A stretch of 64,000 bases of DNA from Adineta vaga (lineage: Eukaryota; Animalia; Rotifera). Below the pieces are notes generated by a model that was not told where the DNA came from, ran no database searches, and saw only the letters and a program-made list of their open reading frames with translations. The position numbers and the translations under genes are program-made. The DNA lies in assembly GCA_021613535.1 (NCBI GenBank), contig CP075492.1:6758001-6822000 (forward strand). The letters run 5' to 3'. Each line of letters begins with the position of its first letter. The first letter of the stretch is position 1. Shown one piece after another: positions 62,701 through 64,000 of this stretch.

Positions 62701-64000
62701 GCCATACCAATGACAGCAATTGAAACATTGTGAGAAATACTTCTTTCACGTGGTTCTGAAGAAAAGTTTTGCCTTTTTCGTAATGAATCAATCGGATGAC
62801 CAGTTATCATCTCTGCTATCTGTTTAACTGTCGGATGATTGAACACCAAAGTATATGGTAATTTTTTGTTAATCTCATCAGATAAGTTTTTGCTGAACCT
62901 TATTGCAGTAAGTGAAGTCATGCCAAATTCTATGAGACTAGTTGTTGTTTTTAATGACTGTTGAGAATCATTCAGAAGCTCTTGAGCAATCCGAAGGATT
63001 TTAATTTCGAGCTCGTTTCTTTGTAAAGACTCAGTTTTCGTTGAAATTGGAACTTGATTAGGCACAAGTGTAGCTAATATAACGCGATCGATTTTACCGT
63101 TACTATTAAGCGGCATCGAATTTAAGACTATCCACGTTCGAGTCCACATGTAATCAGGCAGACATGAAACTATTCTATCGATAAGTTCTTGTTTCACTTG
63201 ATCCTCGGGTATTCCATCATCAACCTCGACAAAGCCGATAAGTCGCTGCACCGATCCTGGAACAAAGATAACCGCAACCTTTTTAACACAGTTAACTTGT
63301 TCGGCACAATTTTCAATTTCTGTTAATTCAACTCGATAGCCTCCTATTTTTATTTGAGCATCTCGACGGCGCCCAACTATTTGAATTTCACCATTCGACA
63401 AGTAATAGCCTACATCACCCGTGTTATATAAACGGCCGAGAACTCGATGATTAATAAATTTCTCGCTTGTTTTTTCCGAATTTCGAAAGTATCCACGCGC
63501 TAAACCAATTCCTCCAATATAAATTTCGCCTAAAACATTTGCAGGTCGATAAAGTCCACGTTCATCAAGTATATGCATAGTTTGATTTGATAATGGAACA
63601 CCGTAGGGCACTAAATATCCTTTCGGAGATTTGCACGGAAATATTTCATGGATATTCGACCAAATCGATGCTTCTGTTGCGCCACCTAGACATAAGATAC
63701 GAACAGTTGGATGCACTTGTTTCACTAAACGCACAAAATCCATTTTGATAGCGTCCCCGCTGAGCATAATAGATTTGAGAAATTGTACACTTCCGCTTTC
63801 ATTATTTACTGGAATAGTCTCTATTAGCATTTCAAAACTAGTCGGCACACTATTCCAAATAGTGATTTGATGTTTTTGTAGTTGTGACCACCAGTATTCT
63901 GGATCTCGAGTTGCATCTGATTTACAGATTACAACTTTACCACCAACACTTAGTATTCCAAAAATATCCCATACTGATAAATCGAAACTAAGAGAAGAAA
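44724..64000 (-). CDS. Giant intronless hybrid NRPS-type I PKS (>6420 aa, 5' end outside the window): A-T-KS-KR-ACP-TE-KS-DH-KR-ACP-KS-DH-KR-ACP-KS-AT-KR-ACP-FMO-like-FSH1-like hydrolase
   Basis: The frame is open from the window end (SSLSFDLSVWDIFG..IWNSVP) to TAA at 44724. Four KS with D(T/S)ACSSS, HGTGT and K(T/S)NxGH; four KR (GGLGALG..YxxxN); two DH; five carrier motifs (GMTSL, GLSSL, GLDSL x2, GMDSL); one AT (GHSIG). Confidence 0.97.
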   Translation of the reverse strand, partial: SSLSFDLSVWDIFGILSVGGKVVICKSDATRDPEYWWSQLQKHQITIWNSVPTSFEMLIETIPVNNESGSVQFLKSIMLSGDAIKMDFVRLVKQVHPTVRILCLGGATEASIWSNIHEIFPCKSPKGYLVPYGVPLSNQTMHILDERGLYRPANVLGEIYIGGIGLARGYFRNSEKTSEKFINHRVLGRLYNTGDVGYYLSNGEIQIVGRRRDAQIKIGGYRVELTEIENCAEQVNCVKKVAVIFVPGSVQRLIGFVEVDDGIPEDQVKQELIDRIVSCLPDYMWTRTWIVLNSMPLNSNGKIDRVILATLVPNQVPISTKTESLQRNELEIKILRIAQELLNDSQQSLKTTTSLIEFGMTSLTAIRFSKNLSDEINKKLPYTLVFNHPTVKQIAEMITGHPIDSLRKRQNFSSEPRERSISHNVSIAVIGMACRLPGGVSSAEEFWTMLMEKRNCVTEVPSSRFDINEIYSPNPKTIGKSYTKKGAFINDVEWFDNDFFNIPLAEARTMDPQQRLILEVAYEAFLNAGLDKSALKDSNTGVFIGQMNYDWMLVTDSPHSYAGTGNSPSITANRISFALGLHGASMTVDTACSSSLVAVDLAIEKLRNKKCSVALAGGVNIILHPEPYLITCAAEMLSVDSRCATFDSKANGIVRGEGIGCVVLKCLDQAVFDGDKIFAVIKGSAVNQDGRSATLTAPNGIAQEAALCSALEDAGIDGKDLDYVECHGTGTDLGDPIEVEALAKVLGKERSKPIVLGAVKTNIGHLEGAAGIVGLIKTVLVLQNGQAPPNIHFEKLNPKIDLQQLKGIIPTQTIKIGTDGGKELFAGVSSFGFGGTNAHIILQSYPQKQNTERIASIGPTFVNKKCIPWKLPVPIQSISSHKVEQDEISGSVYEIKWIPLNEISNNEASLNNLIKSRCLILSVESVSTNGTKWVNIIHAVNSNFFTLEDTLQQKRSANLHDTKYLEKLLVNESWSSIILVATSGHGQIVFEIGVRLLKAIQKSYIEKNQQSIPDIWFLDDSQFDEMGLWALARTARIEMPELDLRCVEYNKLNTASHIAELCYKVRKEVKNGEKELKLSNMFYVRRLVKLSQTYKNIRQRVIHENCTYVISGGLGALGLVVAEWLVNSGATHIVLLSRKMKATNPIEQIRRQKENISIEWIQCDISNIEEVKRVDKKLKIDMRWPVIKGIFHTAGELFDSTVKNLEPKCIYSSFSAKVDGAKHLHTVLSPSDFMVLFSSITGVFGSAGQALYSAANAALDSLAESWSNNGNLKVLSIQWGAWSEVGMAARSKDLIQRLENQGFGSISNSFGKRVLERLLEENRTGTVCVQPINWSRMSPISHLPLLDQLRSTSVSKSNESKQSKTYANVDEIRAVLRSIVHEVLGNEVEESIPLMDAGLSSLEMVSLHHTLAREFTNINIPSSIIFNYPTIKDLADFIFTQLEQSTKKKRESSTEEYTGQDWQKLNLTTNGRSVFLVGGVLGTAEGTFGKLANMLPSPVYATIPDLSDENATVENIAKKLIRSARRIQPDGKYIVGGLSFGALIALEMVCQLEQFDQVEALLLLDPRHTPPFTIPEKNPAKFEKLVAAYTPKAIVHSRTVLVQAVLPDFSGLSSLLQEASRSFQGNEQVELNCRSWCSKISKIPSEGHHFKFLNQNHEALARALTSLSINWKMEKIDNIKHEDDPIAVISMSCRFPGGASNPEDFWDILIRGHDCVTEVPISRFDMDDDVYYPERGYEGKSYSNRAAFIENVEWFDHEFFNISRAEALIMDPQQRILLEVAYEAFYKAGYNKERLKGCNAGVFVGQANYDWMTSNEDVDFSSPYYGAGSSASITANRISYTLGLEGPSITMDTACSSSLVALDIAHSKLRDGKCSIALVAGVNLILNSRFFVTASAMQALSLKGRCATFDALADGYCRGEGVGCVILKPLSQAKADGNKILALIKGTAVNHDGRSASLTAPNGLAQQKVIRKGLEMAGLKGKDIDYIECHGTGTKLGDPIEVDALKNVLSEGRKKPIILGALKTNTGHLEGAAGIAGFIKAVLVIQHKKVPPNIHINELNPKIDLTGFNAIIPYKEVLFENDVLNAYSEEDEKPLIGAVSSFGFGGTNAHVIIESWETKEEHLETAQSKNLILFNPKFLPWRRLTHPLIYRKEETNDKKTCFISRLSGERSHLWDDHVINNEIWIPAASHLTMLAGAKLEKENRESIATSKVSKVVQLDDVIIQKRLLVKENMKIRCVLEENGKGEIQTEDSDGAKETNVIVTQISLVAQTSLPNPLQLDVLKSQCSVSMDVDSIYKTFESLGVKFGDTFRTVIEAWRGKDEALARVGIARRVLAPWERSLSLLHPAILDGAFQLMGMSALSSSGVFVPFHVQRAVFSTQNEQEDQWVYVQLKQMTSSSLTADVILMNSSGKITGFVENLTSRRLSSLEISPIECLYQTEWSTVSLRSDLVVTKRSELSRCVLISFAPISFDHKNWLNVIHNQNSTISPVEKNYRVVDLRIEIGNILNQEKWDSIIFIANGEDSFLALEFGLLLLKEIQNRIISGQWNQTDLWFITKSLIHSTTNDDLLGSSVAGLWALARTARIEMSELKLKCIEIEQDINSSGQISNICNVVESFEDENEFQLSYNGLLKVLRLVKLNNLSPEMKTSQQLKINPGETHVISGGLGALGLVIAKWLIDSGATHILLLSRTRKTEMSIELNSLKEKETAVIEWVQCDVSEKESVTSVRKVLEESLKWPPVTGIFHTAGVLADGTIRTLDSEALRKSYSAKVYGAINLHNVFSSFNFMVLFSSAAAVFGSPGQANYSAANATMDAIAKSWNRSGESILSIQWGAWSEAGMAANRGTLRRIEMQGFGGISNHLGIEILEYLFSTGKVGVVCATPIDWSRMSLTNNPLVSFKGKDKQISKKKKSQTVSIPTEDVKQKLIKIAVEVLNAEKIDENVSLIEFGLDSLGAVEFRNLLVAEINIELPSIFVYNHPSISDMVSYLSSLSSPKIVEFAPTQFSNEPIAVISMACRFPGEAHNPEEFWSMLRNGHNCVTEVPFSRFDIDEFYDPVRGSMGKTYTKNAALINSIEWFDNEFFNIPSAEAIVMDPQQRVLLEVSYEAFSRAGYDKSSLKGSNTGVFVGQANYDWMTMNQHDITSPYFGAGSSAAITSNRLSFILGLRGPSMTIDTACSSSLVAMDIATANLRSDKCSLALVAGVNIILSHVNFVGSCSANMLSAKGRCATFDSTADGYCRGEGVGCVVLKKLSRAQADGDEILAIIKGTAVNQDGRSATMTAPSGVAQESVIRRALVEAGVFGKDIDYVECHGTGTELGDPIEVEALKSVLNVEREKRLILGAVKSNIGHLEGAAGIAGFIKTVLVLRNKMVPPNIHFETLNPKINIENFNIDIPITNTDLRITNPSRKVIAGISSFGFGGTNAHIIIESWETKEEHLETAQSKNLILFNPKFLPWRRLTHPLIYRKEETNDKKTCFISRLSGERSHLWDDHVINNEIWIPAASHLTMLAGAKLEKENRESIATSKVSKVVQLDDVIIQKRLLVKENMKIRCVLEENGKGEIQTEDSDGAKETNVIVTQISLVAQTSLPNPLQLDVLKSQCSVSMDVDSIYKTFESLGVKFGDTFRTVIEAWRGKDEALARVGIARRVLAPWERSLSLLHPAILDGAFQLMGMSALSSSGVFVPFHVQRAVFSTQNEQEDQWVYVQLKQMTSSSLTADVILMNSSGKITGFVENLTSRRLSSLEISPIECLYQTEWSTVSLRSDLVVTKRSELSRCVLISFAPISFDHKNWLNVIHNQNSTISPVEKNYRVVDLRIEIGNILNQEKWDSIIFIANGEDSFLALEFGLLLLKEIQNRIISGQWNQTDLWFITKSLIHSTTNDDLLGSSVAGLWALARTARIEMSELKLKCIEIEQDINSSGQISNICNVVESFEDENEFQLSYNGLLKVLRLVKLNNLSPEMKTSQQLKINPGETHVISGGLGALGLVIAKWLIDSGATHILLLSRTRKTEMSIELNSLKEKETAVIEWVQCDVSEKESVTSVRKVLEESLKWPPVTGIFHTAGVLADGTIRTLDSEALRKSYSAKVYGAINLHNVFSSFNFMVLFSSAAAVFGSPGQANYSAANATMDAIAKSWNRSGESILSIQWGAWSEAGMAANRGTLRRIEMQGFGGISNHLGIEILEYLFSTGKVGVVCAAPIDWTRIDNYYNPFLEYYRSHLAISRTKIANTVKKVTIDNVDIMNILTQVSMEVLGSKIDENSSLVTSGLDSLGAVEFRNRLSAILDIQLSSIFVYNYPTLAEMASALSTKDSKVSSTIKKERQIESVTDSIAVIGMACRLPGGVASPEEFWSMLIQECDCVTEIPKTRFDIEDVYSPIRGVTTGKSYTKHGAFMSDLEWFDAACFNISNSEARQMDPQQRLILEVGYEAFVRAGYDISKLKGLDAGVFVGQMNYDWMMMNAGTPPSYGGTGMAPSITANRFSYTFGLTGPSFTIDSACSSSLVALDYAIEKIRANRCSLALVGGVNVMLQSMNFVGSSAANMLSPAGRCATFDETADGYCRGEGIGCVVLKSFRKAIADGDNVLAVIKGSAVNHVGKSSSLTAPNGPSQEAVIRNALEQANLKGKDVDYVECHGTGTQLGDPIEVEALKNVLNDGGRIKSVILGAVKTNIGHLEGAAGIIGLIKTVLVLQHEEVPSNLHFKKLNANIDLTGFKAIFPQNCIKLDTHEKNQVHSERRWIAGVSSFGFGGTNAHVVLESWPAARVLRDSAVELEVDRNFVWLFTGQGSQFSGMGQELYQSEEAFRMALDICAEHLNNLIDVPLLTLMFNPDMESRLNETRYSQAAILSFEYAMSEMWKNRGVTPKIVLGHSIGEYTAAVVSGVMKLKDALSLVTARGRLMDERCQKGSMVAVFALADTIRSELKLVDDVSISALNGPKMTVLSGKKESLQSLLARLKLPHTFLPVKHGFHSHLMHPMQAEFQKNFENVALNSPRKDITFVSTVTGTILVGKELMNTDYWVNQVAQPVNFFDAMNAITSYTKDMEVSYIEIGPKQILIPMAKRFVTVNTYTWDPSNDTRVKTIKDKTITQNNRTTNLQNLFNKKHLPWKVKDAKYNEETVDSVNENYFYEIEWETLIYTEARNIIGKLPRYLIFSHHYLSVTSSDGTYVIHTDETSGNHGHENKNITWLDLSDKDNVKTILMRDEWEAILLFGHGEETLQTIQIALTVLQNSQLQKLKHVWFITSDNEKGEALRALARTARQEIYSVRIWSLEFLYRTSNMNFAKVYETISCTRKQEDYDFRLTGNFEVQVPRLVHMKPYSEINSKPFEIHPYTTYVISGGLGALGLVAAKWIIDSGATNLVLLSRKKPNHIANEKLELLQQSGKVFIECFECDVGDLNSVKKVHLNLKELQWPPVKGVIHSAGVLFDSTISNLDQEKLVNSFKPKVLGAANLRSVFLPLDFFVQFSSVASVFGSAGQANYAISNAVMDGMAMTWKNQGEPVLSIQWAAWSDGGMAVHNKTALKRSERIGFGNISNKLGTAVLDKLFAEGRLGVVCVAPADWSRAIPHLKTTLVERLNQQNKNAMNEKLNFESSEIKNKNVISLIRQVAEDVIGTEIQDDQALLEAGMDSLGAVEFRNQLSEKLNIPLSTGILFDFPTVHTLANHLESIVQIPAVQQQIVVPLSFPSSGRPTLIIGAGLGGLSFARMLVQAKEKVIIMESKSEIGGVWKLWANSSSKLQIDSPSYDFGCSDSRELKTWPSTYPNRDDVLKGAQDMVSTFAGENVSILMNTHVDRVHSVLGHSSEYLIDYTINGKPSQMRVGGVAAFTGGLHEPRQLNIPGENIFKGKLGFGTNDDITPATFENSRVVILGHGAFAVENMRTALENGAEHVTILCRKRNMVFSTFCNWLLNSCEGNMSIKTVMEVMRPMYQAAGVDIEALSCFSSENGDFMFDQDTVPPASDLYFLAQATGRLEVIQDIPESLEQDEVVTRGGRRIRANILLKCLGFNTNDALVKEIFGSDCNIQGLWVNEDPNIFVYNDGVQRSRAVHSLLCSSYLFFAQTFASVYLHFKRRPNDLRSALVKMRQVSETETHGRLMVLLWDFLSPAKRTLSERTLRICPFNTFIREREVEWNKYQQVLKLSSKLNLHSLLKPTIDEIRRREPVKLLEERSIFANKSTSIYRSKPKYRILFLHGQGTDGAIACNLLERCGWITQFSNCLEFIVPDAPYEMPAFTNKQQLSEIGLDTLVEQRLYNLNSNYREWRADFDWFAQIFHGNKALLISDTENEKIKQSWKQNFEYIRHITEKYGQFDGLAGFCEGASVASVALHLQALFNKGNQDGIDLGLVNVCFLIAMSPWRSPYFEMQQLFNHESPLDVPSLHISGQNDMEMFKQAVPIFMNDFLNPRRYEHNGKHEYPVVTPSLKNIVSELLNQL
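44727..45470 (-). other. C-terminal FSH1/OVCA2-like alpha/beta hydrolase with Cys at the nucleophile position
   Basis: RILFLHGQG, FIVPDAP, YGQFDGLAGFCEGA (family consensus GFSQG), PSLHISGQND, HNGKHEYP. Confidence 0.75.
45600..46955 (-). other. Flavin-dependent monooxygenase-like (FMO/BVMO fold) domain
   Basis: IIGAGLGG, E..IGGVW, SKLQIDSPSY, YPNRDDVL, GENIFKG, second Rossmann motif VILGHGAFAVE, LLKCLGF. Confidence 0.75.
47020..51030 (-). other. PKS module 4: KS-AT-KR-ACP, the only AT visible; malonyl-type
   Basis: IDSACSSS; WLFTGQGSQ, GHSIGE and HGFH (variant of the HAFH malonyl motif); KR HSAGVLFD and GQANYAISN; ACP AGMDSL. Confidence 0.85.
51420..53726. repeat. Direct repeat copy A (2307 bp, DH-KR of module 3)
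   Basis: Matches 55359-57665 at offset 3939. Translations are identical and the same off-frame ORF appears at 51578-51805 and 55517-55744. Confidence 0.92.
55359..57665. repeat. Direct repeat copy B (2307 bp, DH-KR of module 2)
   Basis: As for copy A. First flanking mismatches are at 55358/51419 and 57666/53727. Confidence 0.92.
59000..59585 (-). other. Internal thioesterase-like alpha/beta-hydrolase domain
   Basis: SVFLVGG, QPDGKYIVGGLSFGA (GxSxG), LLLLDP, SEGHHF. Confidence 0.8.
59680..62725 (-). other. PKS module 1: KS-KR-ACP (no AT, no DH)
   Basis: KS about 61460-62725 (VDTACSSS); KR with TYVISGGLGALG, HTAGELFD, GQALYSAAN; ACP AGLSSL about 59800. Confidence 0.85.
63080..64000 (-). other. 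Adenylation domain (C-terminal part), predicted Cys-specific; T domain follows at about 62800-63020
   Basis: FDLSVWD, IWNSVP, MLSGD, LGGATEASIWS, LYNTGD, QIKIGGYRVE, NSNGKIDR. Confidence 0.85.

Noticed and set aside
63846-63848. ORF-track start of the NRPS-PKS
   Set aside because: It is a GTG (Val) inside the A domain. The frame stays open to the window end, so the true start is upstream.
45607-63870. Short antisense and off-frame ORFs inside the NRPS-PKS
   Set aside because: Shadow frames of a long CDS with no recognisable motifs. The two identical 75-aa ORFs simply reflect the 2.3 kb repeat.

Overview
AT-rich animal genomic DNA with many short (about 50-65 nt) GT-AG introns. It is most consistent with a bdelloid rotifer (Adineta/Rotaria-like), inferred from gene content, intron style, TGTGGG/TGAGGG telomere-type repeats and foreign-looking genes. 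The first 40.8 kb holds ordinary intron-rich metazoan genes: a multi-Tudor protein with an RGG/FG block built from micro-exons, 14-3-3, PEX1, a single-box HMG protein, Notum, an orphan gene, a slicer-type (DEDH) AGO-clade Argonaute, a putative mitochondrial LEA-like hydrophilin, a class A GPCR, a CSPP1-like gene, two tandem GSTs and a protocadherin whose 5' half has decayed. Beyond about 40.8 kb the sequence changes character. It holds a bacterial-type MepB gene with an added basic N-terminus, small repeat/MITE remnants with an inverted telomeric-repeat patch, and a >19 kb intronless hybrid NRPS-PKS running off the window end. Its architecture is A(Cys)-T-KS-KR-ACP-TE-KS-DH-KR-ACP-KS-DH-KR-ACP-KS-AT-KR-ACP-FMO-like-FSH1-like hydrolase. 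This megasynthase is the best candidate for an undescribed system: only one AT for four KS modules, an internal thioesterase, an apparently identical 2.3 kb DH-KR duplication, and a terminal flavin monooxygenase plus a hydrolase with a Cys nucleophile. Exon and domain boundaries were read by eye and are approximate unless stated.
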